Origin: Eutreptiella sp. 'Long Island Sound 2002'
Lineage: Eukaryota > Protista > Euglenida
Assembly (NCBI GenBank): GCA_964036045.1
Contig: OZ038379.1
Coordinates: 38,688,001-38,752,000 of the forward strand
Length of the DNA stretch: 64,000 nucleotides
Direction of reading: 5' to 3'
Positions 12,301 through 23,284 of the stretch are shown in pieces. The notes beneath the pieces were generated by a model. That model made no database searches, was not told where the DNA came from, and worked only from the letters and a program-made list of their open reading frames with translations. Within the stretch, counting starts at the first letter, position 1, and each line of letters begins with the position of its first letter. A program made the position numbers and the translations under genes.

Positions 12301-13491
12301 GTTCGGGAACTCGTCCTCCCGGGCCGAGTCGGTGGAGGGGGCGGAGAAATCCTCCCCGGGGCACTCCATCGGCGTCGAGGGTTCGGCAGCCAAGACCAGG
12401 CCCTCGACCTCGATCACCACCGAAATGCACGCCGCGGCCTCGAACAGGGCGACGTCGTACTCCGAGACGTCCGCCACGGTCCCGATGCGCTCCACCCACA
12501 GCCGCAGGCGCGACTGGAACCTCGCCAGAAAACCGACGTGCTCCTGATTGGCGAAGTGCAGCTCCATCAGCCGGCCGAAGAGGTAGACCCGAAGCTGCAG
12601 CTCCGAAATGCAGCTGCGGAAGATTTTGTTGCAGTACTCAGCCTCCACCGCCTCGGACAAATGGAACAACTGATGGGCGCGATCGGAGCACGTGTAGCTG
12701 CGTAACTCGGCCACCGACGTCACGGCCGCAAAGCTGACCTTATTGCCGTGCAGCTGCCCCAACATTTCTTCAAGATTCTGGTACACCAGCAATGCGTCAG
12801 CCACGAGGCTAAACTGCAACAGCATCCGCGCCATGCCCTCCCGAACCAGGAAATACTGACTGCAGTAGTTCCACGTGACGGGCTGCGACTCCTTGTTCTC
12901 CAGACTGCGCGCGCTGTCCTCCTGGTACGCCTGCAGGTTCGCATCAAACGTGGCCATGACGCACTCCCCCATGCGGAAGATGACCTCCTGTTCGCTGGTG
13001 AGCCGCACCACTCGACTCTTGTGCTTCGCTTTCAGCTTCTCCTCTACTTTAGAGACTTTACTTTCCAGTTTGTCCAGCCCCGTCTTTTCATGGATTTGAT
13101 GCAGAGATGGCGTTACCAACACAATGAGGTACTGTTCGGAGCTCTTGAAGCTCTCTGCCCATTTGGATGCCCGGCTGCGGAGGGATTTGGAGTCCAATGT
13201 GCGATGCTCACAATCAATGAGGTGCAGGTGCAAGTAAGGGTCCCGATACCGGAAATGCCGCTCCGAGTCTGGGCGTGCTGTGCTATTCTGCGTGTCCCTC
13301 TGCACTGAGAAGTCGAGTCGGACATTCTCCACAAAAGATTGCGAGAGCACGAAATTGCCGCCCTTGCGGTCCAGTTCCACGCGCTTCTTGCGCTCCAATC
13401 TCCGGAGTGGCAAGTGATGAGCAATGACACCCTCAACGAAGCGCCAAATGTCATCATCATCATACACTTTCACCAGAGGCTTCTCTTTCAT
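9340..13491 (-). CDS. TRAPPC10: Trafficking protein particle complex subunit 10 (TRAPPII Trs130) homologue, 1383 aa, single exon
   Basis: 4.15-kb stop-free, GC-rich ORF. N-terminal MKEKPLVKV...PYLHLHLIDC...YLIVLV, WNYCSQYFLVREGMARMLLQFSLVADALLVYQNLEEML and ELQLRVYLFGR match recalled TRAPPC10/Trs130 N-terminal blocks; the C-terminal LHLIACRAGTLALPGIKLY matches the TRAPPC10 C-terminal block. True start taken as the ATG at 13491, not the ORF-track start at 13617. Confidence 0.8.
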   Translation of the reverse strand: MKEKPLVKVYDDDDIWRFVEGVIAHHLPLRRLERKKRVELDRKGGNFVLSQSFVENVRLDFSVQRDTQNSTARPDSERHFRYRDPYLHLHLIDCEHRTLDSKSLRSRASKWAESFKSSEQYLIVLVTPSLHQIHEKTGLDKLESKVSKVEEKLKAKHKSRVVRLTSEQEVIFRMGECVMATFDANLQAYQEDSARSLENKESQPVTWNYCSQYFLVREGMARMLLQFSLVADALLVYQNLEEMLGQLHGNKVSFAAVTSVAELRSYTCSDRAHQLFHLSEAVEAEYCNKIFRSCISELQLRVYLFGRLMELHFANQEHVGFLARFQSRLRLWVERIGTVADVSEYDVALFEAAACISVVIEVEGLVLAAEPSTPMECPGEDFSAPSTDSAREDEFPNMTLRASLARPTSMDSIGEVTGAGCVEARDSEDSPTNSNGSHAFAESPLSPRHSSVSPGETDKSPSLSISMSSHFASQSQSSQTSSTFPLSSEASIDQCYRTMAALLLRAKHKSIRAAQLMGLGLESLFKPPVHVSLAVDDADAHAFTASSGDASAPSSSSNSQRSFLSQCSDLTYAAKGYCTKGQYLRISQWMAYQLGLLHVSQGQHLEACRHFTEILKRQYSAPWHTVLYSCRLYLSHCLSHLLEGACAQACVQTTYKVWAAQAIFLPYVRTNLWLSGHDPGRIAHPMALALCPGPARPPHAPDAQLGDSEAAIPGAAVFWKRAMEGLAMCAPEPCLAAASSVLDVVSFQPQPRGPVTEGQPLVVEARLLCRAPKPIAVTHMELTLTPAASAVPAHTIDDHLKRGHGDHRVCHSSDVTHTSDWSYSPRRRRSVSCDGQGHALPPPHKRSNRLLLCSSAPFTLHPMEARTVTLRGIAGRAGAYEGTRFSLSVEDSLLHLVEDPEHEDELSYCDRWLEMPALPLQQLTGVQVPRGFSSRGAAHETRQFGRDALSQLRVQCVAALGPRVQCHALHDTTASGQDPLHAFVYLVMVEPRAEAGAQADRVANFSIAPAPSEEECGACDFLTHLEADGPLPVYDGEAVRGCTASFTRNPEGGLRGLPPPIGTVQHALTEQALHLHSFHIARACPVQCIAFRIPVAETQFGQHVDLQFSHSSESEPLSVCRSAALFMGRLHDFEHTYNAVLVNADQLWVTVSITVKTHFPLTIVAQHVTTPDDFVLLSSHFPRNLSAHRFTHGEEMACAFRIQSLKGAPHRQPMPCVMQLQYWRASDAPSQTHTISMPLAIHPPLPPVPFPHYKVCVTLTSNTGLFVVGIAYPLDVYVFSRADSSQVNGIIHQVRLDVDITSRTSKGTPWMSVGSLKNTLVLSDGKGKIQLHLIACRAGTLALPGIKLYSVPLQGGEKNSVPLAMDLECPCNEVEVSDPQADK

Positions 13492-13498
13492 GGAACAA

Positions 13499-13519
13499 CG
13501 AAATGGACACTCGAAAAAT
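13499..13519 (-). promoter_or_regulatory. Euglenid spliced-leader-like sequence / probable trans-splice acceptor 7 nt upstream of the TRAPPC10 ATG
   Basis: Minus strand reads ATTTTTCGAGTGTCCATTTCG-TTGTTCC-ATG. The recalled Euglena SL is ACTTTCTGAGTGTCTATTTTTTTTCG: 15/19 identical (all mismatches C/T), then the terminal CG with a shorter T-run. Confidence 0.45.
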
Positions 13520-16500
13520 GAGGATAGTGCAGCGCAGCGCAAGCGGAAAGTCACTGCCCCAGGCAAACTTCCTGCGGAATGACAGGGGCACAGGGCTGCC
13601 ACTTGCGGCCTCCCCACTCAAGCAGCAACCACGCACTGTCCATGGGGTGCGGGTTACCCCCGGTTCCTGGGGCGATGCTGTTGTGAGGCCAGAGCACATC
13701 CACTTTTGGGTGTGGGGTCAGATTGTAGCAAAGCCCTGCTTTCGTGCATGGTGTTTCCTTTTGACACCATTTGTCAAGTAGTGTGCCCTGCGTTCTCTGC
13801 ATTCCCATGAGCATCGCTCCACTGCTTCACCACGACTACTTAGGCAAGCCATCCAGCACGCAGTCAGGGCTTGTAGCAGATGTCGTATCTACTCTTTTGA
13901 GGGTCTCCTTGCAAAAGCATGGGACAGGTCATAAGCCGGGGATCCAATGCTTGGACAAGCTTGACTCGAACCTGACCTTTGGGTAATAAGCAAGGCTGGT
14001 CCTGAAAGGGGAAGGAAAACTTCCACCTTGGCCCTTTGTGGTGTTTGGACGGCTCATGCATCGCAGTGTCGTTGCAAGAAGCACGTGCAGCAGCACGAGA
14101 CACAATGCAACACAGAGGAATGGATGAGGACCCGTGACAAGTGACCTCATGAAAAGACCCAGGTCCCTGCCAAAACACTCCGCCATTAGATCCTCTTGAA
14201 GGACCACCGTGAAGGATCACCTGAGTGACCCCCCAAATGATCCATAAAGGACCACCCACACACTGAACTGAATATCCCCGCCCCCCCGCGCAAGCACAGC
14301 CGCAGTCCCAAAAGACCAGGCAAAACAGCGGTTCGACATACACAACAACAAAGCACGGTATGTGACAGCCATGCCAGGAGTAGCAATGCTAGCCATCGCC
14401 GAAAATCACATCAAACCAAACAGCACCGGGTTGCAAAAAGGGAGAGACTGCATTTGTTCATGGAGCATAGGCCTTGGGCTTTAAGGCTGGCATCTTTATC
14501 CCTGTGTCCCATGTGTCCCAGTGGGATCACGTCGTGAAGAGCCTTCGGCGCCGACAGAGCTAGAGGCTCAACCGCTGCCCGTGGTTATGTTTGCTCTGTG
14601 GTTGCCCGGCCATGCTCTGTGCTTCTGGGCGACAGTGGCGGGCCAGGCTGCATGCTGTACACCATGGTGTGATGTTGCAGGGGAAGGCTCTGCCTCATTT
14701 GGAAAGGGGGGTTGCCATTCACCCTGGCTCGCCCTGGGATGGCCCAACAGACTCTGGTATACCGCGGCAACGGGGAGGGGGGGGGGAGTGTAGCCCCGCC
14801 GCCGACGCTCTCTAAGGGTACCATCGGTACTTCATATCCATCATCCTCATTGCACTCGGCTGGTGGTTCCCTTCTAGACGGTAGCTCATTGTCAAGGAAA
14901 CCCCCATTAGTGGGAACTTCCTAGTTGTCATCGGGGTCACACAGTGATGGTCACGGCTCATCGGACGGCTGGCTTCACGTTATAGCAGGTCATCTAAGCA
15001 CATCGGCTGCAAGTCATCATGTGTGGCAGCCCCAGAAGTTGCTGCTGGTGACCACATGGAGTCTACCGGGTAAGGCGAAAAGGCACTTTTCCAGCTGGAT
15101 ATGACTACCGGGGACCAGCAGGACATTCCCGAGTCACTTTGTGGCATGGCATGGGCATACTCGCCCTCACGCATATTGCATCTAGTGTCGGCTGTGGGAC
15201 AGATGTTGGGTGGGGCGGTTTGGTTGGGCGTGTTCTGGGCACTGGTGCTTTTGCTGGTGCCACACACATCGCATCGCATGTGCTTGTGCCCTTGTGCCAT
15301 GCCCACTGTTGGGGCCTTAGGTGATGGTTGCATTTGCCGTATTAACCTTGCTATCCCCGGAGGCACTGCTTTGCCTTGCCCGTTCGCGGGGGGGCATTTA
15401 GGTACACTCGGCGTGGGTATCCGCACCGCTTGGGTGGGCATACGTGCCACAGTGTCTGGGGTCAGAAACCCTAGCCCCGGGAAGTATTGGACCACCCCTG
15501 CTAGCACGGGCGCTCTGGGTGGCGTTAGCAAGCTCTGGGCTGGGGTTCTGGCGTGTCTGTAGGGTGCATCTCCATGTGCTTTTTGCGTGGTCGAGGGCCA
15601 GGGGATCCAACGTGTGGAGGCCTTGGACGCTTGACACGCGGTGCAGAGCACAATACCCCGCATGGGGTTGCAATGTGTGGTACAATGCTGTTATCAACAA
15701 AATGCACAATCACAGACATGAATGAGCCCCTCTTTCCCTCTACAAGTGCGTCACAAGCACCCAATCTTGCATTCAAGACCACAAAAATAGTGGTCCCAAA
15801 AAATGCTCAAAACAGCAATTCAACGCCCACTCCGTGCTTGGACAAGCCTGTGCTTGCACAATAGGGGGGGGGGGGGGATCTTGTGCATACACTGCCACGT
15901 AATAGTTCTACAACAATCAGGCCCCGGTGCCTGTAGCTCGCAGGTGCTAGCCCTAGTCAGCAACTTTGTAAAACCCTTATGCAGCACAACCCATTGTAGT
16001 ATTCCACACTGACTTGTTCATTTGGGATGAGTTTTCAACACTATGTTGCGAGAATTACCCAACAAACCTTTGTTGCTGTCCTCTAATCCCCAAGGGTGTT
16101 GCATAGATCTTCCTCATGGTGCTACACTTCCACCATGTTTCACTTTTGACCGACCACGTGTGGAGCCCAATGCCGTCTTTTCTGTTTGTGTCCAACAAGG
16201 GCATAGCATGTGCACAACACACCACATTCGCTGCACAACTACGAAAAATTGGAGCAATTACACCTTGCATTTACTTCCTAGTGGGGGATCCAAAACAACT
16301 CAATTTATGCATAGTGTGAGCATCACTGCATGGAGCTTTCACCGCAAACACTCAGAAAATTGGGAAAGCCACATTAGACATAGGACCCACGAGGGCACCT
16401 AAATTGGCAGAAGGAGAGATAAAACATGAAAGAAAAGCTTGCAAATAAGGAGCTTCCACTGGGCTTCCACTAGAACAAAGCAGCAGCATGTTGGGCCTCA

Positions 16501-17984
16501 TGGTTCGGCTTGTTAGCCTGTTTTTTCTACGCAATGGCCATTAAAGCCCAATATTGGGATCTACATTGGTATGAAAGCATCTGTTCCATGGGGGAACCAT
16601 AACAACAGGAGCAAAAGATCACAGCTAAAATCCCGTAAAACCCAGAAATTGCCATGGAAGAAAACAGGCCAAAATTTAGGCCATTTTCCAAAAATACACT
16701 ACTTTGGCATCAAAGTAGCGGAGTGCATAAGGCTACCTGAAATATTGGTCACTTTCAACAATCACCACTGTTTGTGGGCACAAACGTTGGCAAGGGCGGG
16801 CCATTGGTGTAGCATCTAGATGTGTGACATGCCCGTCCCAAAATTGACACTGCTTAACAATGCGGCAAATACGGTTCAAAACCACCACATACCCTACAAT
16901 TAACACCGGTAAGAGGTACTAGGTACCACAACACCACTTTACCACAACTGGTAGGTCCCAAGATATGGTGCAACATTATAGAATTCCAAACTACAATTGC
17001 ACTAATTACTTGGACTGCCATGGCTACTTAACCCTTATGTTGGGAGAAGTGGAGAGTAACAATATGGCCACATGTTGTCTTGGGGGCTTACGGAATGCAC
17101 CATAAACCTGGGCTCCCTCATGGTCTTTTGTTGCCCATTTGGATTGTGGGCTTCGACCGTCATTTTCTTTCTCATTAGACCGGCTCCAACTAGAAAGCAT
17201 GGTAATGCATGAAAAATGAAATACCCCATGAAGGAGTGGTTGTGCAGAAAATTGGCTACGCTACCCTTTTTGTACCAGGGCACTATATGACAAGAAACAT
17301 AGGAATAGGATCAGTCAAAATAGAGAATTTTAAGAGTCATAAATGACAGGTAGGCAAATATTTACCTTAGCCACCATCAACGTGCGCCTTGTGCACAAAT
17401 GCCACCTCTTTACCAGTTTGCCAAATGGGACAACATATTGTAAGAACGGGGGGGGGGGTTGTTTCTTTCCAGGGCTGCAGCCGGCCATGTGCTGCAAGTT
17501 TCTTTTGCCATGCAATACATGTTGTTTTTTTCGATATGGTCAAGTGAAGAGGGCGAAGCAGCGCCGCTCTCACGGTTCTGCCTGCTTTAACACATGTTTT
17601 GTGATCTTGAAATTGATTTAGCAGAAAACTAGTCCTATGAATGTCTCTCTATCCCGACTTGTTTACTTGGACTAAACAACAACAACCACAACAACAACAA
17701 CATGCAGTGCAAGGGAGGCCGGGTTTTCGTATCGGGGGGAAGGGGGGTCGATAGAGCCCTCCCGCTAGACCCCCCCCCCAAAAAGGGGCTCAATTGACGG
17801 GACCCCAAAAATACCCCCAAAACCGACCCGTGGACGTCCGTGGTTCCAATGGCGGTGGTACTTGTCTTTAAGGACACAGGGGCCCTGGTGAATTCCGGAT
17901 ACATGTATGTAGCGCCCCACCATGGCCTCCCATTAGAACCATATGAGCTAGTCACAGTCACAATCACATTCAATGACAATGTCG

Positions 17985-18075
17985 CAGCTAAAGCGAGAGC
18001 TAGAGCTAGAGTTAGAGTCGGAGCTAGAGTCAGAGGTGGAGGCAGAGGTGGAGCTAGAAGAGCTTGAGCTCGAGG
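17985..18075 (+). repeat. Degenerate (GAGCTA)n hexamer microsatellite leading into the 48-bp satellite
   Basis: gctagagctagagctagagttagagtcggagctagagtcagagg; a short (CAA)n run also lies at ~17676-17702. Confidence 0.7.
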
Positions 18076-18105
18076 ATGCAGCCGTCGATGGTGCATGTAC
18101 TCGCC

Positions 18106-19597
18106 ATCCACGCTTTGTTGTGTGGCCCCTTGAGTTGGGGTTAGGGATTGGCAAGCCACACTTTGTTGGGTGGCCCCTTGAGTTGGGGTTAGTGAGTCAC
18201 AATCCACGCTTTGTTGCGTGGCCCCTTGAGTTGGGGTTAGGGACTCTCAATCCACGCTTTGTTGCGTGGCCCTTGAGTTGGGATTGGGGACTCACAATCC
18301 ACGCTTTGTTGTGTGGCCCCTTGAGTTGGGGTTAGGGACTCTCAATCCAGGCTTTGTTACGTGGCCCCTTGAGTTGGAGGTGGGGACTCACAATTCACAC
18401 TTTGTTGTGTGGCCCCTTGAGTTGGGGTTAGGGACCCTCAATCCACGCTTTGTTGTGTGGCCCCTTGAGTTGGAGTTAGGCACTCTCAATTCACGCTTTA
18501 TTGCGTCGCCCCTTGAGTTGAGGTTAGGGACTCACCATTTACACTTCGTTGCGTGGCCCCTCAGGCTGGGGTTAGGGACTTTGAATCCAGCCTTTGTTGC
18601 GTGGCCCCTTGAGTAGGGGTTAGGCACCGTCAATTCACACTTTATTGCTTCGCCCCTTGAGTTGGGGTTAGGGACTCTCAAACCACGCTTTGTTGCGTGG
18701 CCCCTTGAGTTGGAGGTGGGGACTCACAATTCACACTTTGTTGTGTGGCCCCTTGAGTTGGGGTTAGGGACCCTCAATCCACGCTTTGTTGTGTGGCCCC
18801 TTGAGTTGGGGTTAGGCACTCTCAATTCACACTTTATTGCGTCGCCCCTTGAGTTGAGGTTAGGGACTCACCATTTACACTTCGTTGCGTGGCCCCTCAG
18901 GCTGGGGTCAGGGACTTTGAATCCACGCTTTGTTGCGTGGCCCCTTGAGTAGGGGTTAGGCACTCTCAATTCACACTTTATTGCTTCGCCCCTTGAGTTG
19001 GGATTAGGGACTCTCAATCCACGCTTTGTTACGTGGCCCCTTGAGTTGGAGGTGGGGACTCACAATTCACACTTTGTTGTGTGGCCCCTTGAGTTGGGGT
19101 TAGGGACGCTCAATCCACGCTTTGTTGTGTGGCCCCTTGAGTTGGGGTTAGGCACTCTCAATTCACACTTTGTAGCGTCGCCCCTTGAGTTGAGGTTAGG
19201 GACTCACCATTTACACTTCGTTGCGTGGCCCCTCAGGCTGGGGTCAGGGACTTTGAATCCACGCTTTGTTGCGTGGCCCCTTGAGTAGGGGTTAGGCACT
19301 CTCAATTCACACTTTATTGCTTCGCCCCTTGAGTTGGGGTTAGGGACTCTCAATCCACGCTTTGTTGCGTGGCCCCTTGAGTTGGGGTTAGGCACTCTCA
19401 ATTCACACTTTATTGCGTGGCCCCTTGAGTTGGGGTTAGGGACTCTCAATCCACGCTTTGTTGCGTGGTCCCTTGAGTTGGGGTTAGGCATTCTCAATCC
19501 ACGCTTTGTTGCTCGGCCCCTTGAGTTGGGGTTAGGGACTCTCAATCCAGGCTTTGTTGCGTGGCCCCTTGAGTTGGAGTTGGGAACTCACAATCCA
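18106..19597 (+). repeat. 48-bp satellite, block 1 (~31 units) with a 336-bp (7-unit) higher-order repeat
   Basis: Consensus TCAATCCACGCTTTGTTGCGTGGCCCCTTGAGTTGGGGTTAGGGACTC. The variant pattern recurs at 336-bp spacing (ORF-track starts 18662, 18998, 19334). Confidence 0.95.
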
Positions 19598-19874
19598 CCC
19601 TAGTGGCCCAAATTAAAGTCAATATGTTAATTTTTAATTTTTAATATATGAACGCGTTAATATATTAATCTCGCAAATATTAAGAGGTTAAAGTCAAATT
19701 TTTGCGATTGGGCCATTTGTATCCATTTTTCCATGCACATATGCGGACCTATAAGGGGTGTTACGTGGTATATTGTTGCACAACGGTATAGTAGAGAGGT
19801 TCCAATGTTGTGTTGGCGGGCGTCTTGGACACCCCCCCTCCGATTGCCCGCATTCCCCCCCCCTCCACACCACC

Positions 19875-20720
19875 ATGTTCACTTGTATAGCCCTTGTTAT
19901 GCCTTTCTCTCGGGACACCCTTACCGAGCTTAACATGACGCTCGTGCGTTTGAGCGGGGCCAAGAGTTTGCGGGACCCTTTGGTCTCCCAACTCCTTGGT
20001 GAGTGGGTGGCCTCATCCCCTTTGGCCCGGGCCCGATGGTCCGAGGCCATGGAGGTTGGCTACCCCTCCCTTATTCGTACTAAGCAAGTGGAGGCGGTGA
20101 AGCAATATGCCTCCCACCTCTTCCCGGCCCCGGACCTCATCGGCCTCCTCATGGACTTGAACGTCCCCAAGGTTGGCTTCCGCCACATGATGGAGTACAT
20201 GAGCCGCCGGGGGTTGGTCTACACGGCCGCAACGGGCCTCCCGTTCCCCCGACCCATCCCCACTCGGGAAGCGTTCACGGACGCGTGGAAGGAGTTGGTC
20301 ACCCCCCTTGACCTACAACCACCCGTGTCCGTCCCCGATCCCCCCGCGAGTGGGCGCTCTTGGCCGCTACCCTGGCACGCGCCTACCGTGCACATTGTTG
20401 CAAGGAGGCGTGTCAATCAAACTACCTCCTCTATTTGGAGGAGGATGTCACCGAGGCCGTGGCCAATGCACGCCGCTTGGGGGTTGGGTTGGGTGCCGTG
20501 TGCGCGGATGTCGTTGAGAGCCTCAACGCCATCCTTAAGCACGCATACAATGACCACTCGGGCCGGGGGGGGGGATGCCGGGGGCAACCCAAGTAAAGCG
20601 GGAGGGGGAGGTAGTTTCCCAAGTGTGGGAGTGGTGGTTTTTAAAATTTGACCTTCCGCTACGCAATTACGGGACCCCCCATACCGCCCCATGCACCATG
20701 GCCAAACTCATCGCCACCCA
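19875..20720 (+). pseudogene. Internally deleted transposase of the CMC-like element (N-terminus joined near 20370 to the C-terminal Glu-containing segment; DD core missing)
   Basis: LLGEWVASSP...AVKQYASHL...WKELVTPL...GRSWPL and LARAYRAHCC...SNYLLYLE...GLGAVCADVVESLNAILKHAYNDH...EWWFLKFD each align by eye with the longer copy at 55130-56990, whose central ~900 bp has no counterpart here. Confidence 0.7.
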
Positions 20721-20776
20721 TAGCCCCCCGCCCTCCACCCTTGCTTCTCCACCACTAGCTTTGTTTTCTCCTTGCC

Positions 20777-23284
20777 ATGGACGCCTCAGCCATGCAAAAG
20801 ATGTTGGCCGACATGTTCAAAGCGAACAACGAAGCCCTGGTGTGTTTTGCTTGTGCATGCTTGCTTGCGTATACGAATTAATATTTCCGTCGATCCGTTT
20901 AATATTTCGAGATTAATATTAATAGGCGCGGTCATTGATATTTAATATATTAATTAATTTTTCGATAGATAATATTAATTTCAAGAAATTAAGTCGGGGG
21001 CACAAAAATTATTATTCTTTAATTTTTTTTTCATCCTCTCGCTCTCTTAGATGGCACAAGTGGAGCAACGACTGGCTGCAGCTCATCCAGCAGCAGCAGC
21101 AGCTCCAACACCAGCACCAGCGACAGCACAAGCACCTCCTCCTCCCGCCGCTCAACCGCCAACCGAGGAGTCAAGCGAAGACTCCTCGGATAGGCGGCGG
21201 AAGGAGAAGAAGCAGAAGAAGAAGAAAAAGAAGGAGAAAAGGGAGAGGAGAGAGAGGGAGAGGAGCCAGGGGCAGGGGGGGGGGTAGAGGCCAGCCTGGG
21301 GGGGGGGGTCAAGGATGAGGGGGAGAGGGAAGTGGTGGTGGACGAGGGGGACGGGGACGGGGAAGTTCAGGTTGTTGACCCCCCCCAATGACCCCCCCCC
21401 CTCCCCCAGTGGCTTCTCAAAGCCCTGGGCCCCCAATCTGCCACCGCCCGAAAGGCGGGGCCGATCCCCTGGTCAGCCCCGGTGCTGCAGGAGGGGTGCG
21501 CGGGGGATCAACCCGTTTTTTCCTCCCCCCCCCATAGCCACATGACAGTCATGTGGATGTTTCGGCGGTTGATCCGGTGTTTGATCCGCCGGAACGAGGG
21601 GAAACACGGAGGCACCTGGGGTAAGGATGCCTCCAGGGGGGGGGGTCTGGGTCTGGAAACCCCTCCCTGGTGCCCCCCTTGCCGCCATGCCAGAGGCAAT
21701 CAGTGCGGGCGCCTTGCCCGCACTGAATTTGCTTTTCGACCCCCGCGGCGTCCGTTTTGGGACGCCGCATTACCTGGTGCTGCTGCAGCACTGGGCCCAG
21801 CTGGGCTGGGTCAGGCAGTGGCGCCAGGGCAAGGCTGTGGCCTTCGGGGTGGACTGGGCCACTGTGCTGGCCCTGCCCCGCCCCATCTACGACCCGGGGT
21901 GCCAGCCCTCGTACGAGGGCTTGGTCCCCCAGTCCCGCGCCGTGAAGTCGGCGACCGCGGCCGCGACCGCGGCCAGACCGGGGGCCCAGGCGGCCCCGAT
22001 GGCCAGCGTGGGAGCCCCTGTGGCCCCTGTGGAGGCCCCCAGTGCCGCCGCGCTCTTCCGGGAGGCCATGGGGGCAGTTCAGGCAGGCGGAGTGAACGGG
22101 AGTTTTGAGGTATGTGTTTTGCGTGCGTGCATTACTTTTTAGGACGCCACGTTTAATTTCTCGAGATGAATATTTAATTTTTACGCCGCCGGTCGAAATA
22201 TTAAAAGTTAAGAGTTAATACTACAGTCGAAAAATTAAAAATGTCGCCGAAAAAATTATTTTATTTTTATTTTATTTTTTTTTTCATTTTTTTTCAGGTT
22301 ATTGACGTCGTGGTCAATGCGACGAATGCCAGGCCCATCCGGGTAGCCTGGCGAAACGCTGAAGGATCCCAGGAAGTACCCCTGGGGTCCCTCCACCGCA
22401 TCGTGGCCCGAGACCCACCCTTGGGCCTTGCTCTCTTGCGAGGTCTCCACGATGGGGAGACTTCGCGCGTGGTGAGCGGCGTATGGGTGGCGCCGCGCCA
22501 CTTCCGGCCCGCGGAGTGGGCTCCGATGCAGGAGGTGGGGTACGCGGGGGGGGAGGATGAGGAGATGTGGGGGAGCATGGGTGGGGGCGGGGTGAGCGAG
22601 GGGGAGGAGGGGGGGGGAGGCGTCCACCACCACCGCCCCAAAACCCCCCCCAAGCGAAGCCCAACCCCCCCCCCACCCGCCTCCAAGAAACGAAAGTTTT
22701 CTTTCGAGTCGTCCGACGAAAGCGACGACGGGGCGATCCCCCGGCCCAAAAGGCCGAAACCCCCCCCCCACCACCACCACCGCACGGCCTACGAAGGCCG
22801 TCCCCGCCCCCAAACCCACCAACCCCCCCAAGACCGCCACCACCTCCCCCCCCCCCCCCAACCCACCAAGACCGACACCCCCAAGGGTGCCGAGAAGAAG
22901 GACGACCGTCCCGAGGATCCGATCATCGGGACGGTCGTCCACGTACCCTACCCCAAAGGGGTAGAGAGGGGCACCGTCCGTGGTATCCACGGGCGGAAGT
23001 ACGGTGCCGTTTGGGTGGAATACCCGGGCGGCACCACCCTCTACGAGGTGAACCGCTCCCTCCTCTTCCCCACCCCCGAGGAGGCCGAGCGGCACCGGGA
23101 AGAGGCCCGGGCGGAGGGCCCAAAGAAAACCAAACCCCCCACCCCCACAAACGAAACGCCTAACCCCCCGAACGCAAACCCTACCACCGAACCCACTAAC
23201 CCAACTAACCCCACTAACCCCACTAACCCCCCATCCGGACCCGCAAAGATGTGGGACCCCACTACGGGGTCCCATGAGGTATGA
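20777..23284 (+). CDS. Second, intron-containing gene of the CMC-like element: low-complexity protein with NLS-like motifs and a C-terminal Tudor/SH3-like barrel
   Basis: gccATGG at 20777. GT-AG intron 20840-21050 joins MDASAMQKMLADMFKANNEAL to MAQVEQRLAAAHP in frame; GTATGT...TTTCAG intron 22110-22297 joins NGSFE to VIDVVV in frame. The segment 21687-23284 (gccgccATG) gives 469 aa by itself. The link across 21290-21690 is broken at poly-G/C runs. C-terminal IIGTVVHVPYPKGVERGTVRGIHGRKYGAVWVEYPGGTTLYEV. Confidence 0.6.

Noticed and set aside
9374-13521. Many ORFs overlapping TRAPPC10, e.g. 9613-10815 (+, 400 aa)
   Set aside because: Antisense or alternative-frame shadows of a GC-rich coding sequence.
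13492-13617. 42-aa N-terminal extension of TRAPPC10 given by the ORF track
   Set aside because: Starts at a non-ATG codon; homology begins at MKEKPL and the extension covers the SL-like/acceptor sequence.
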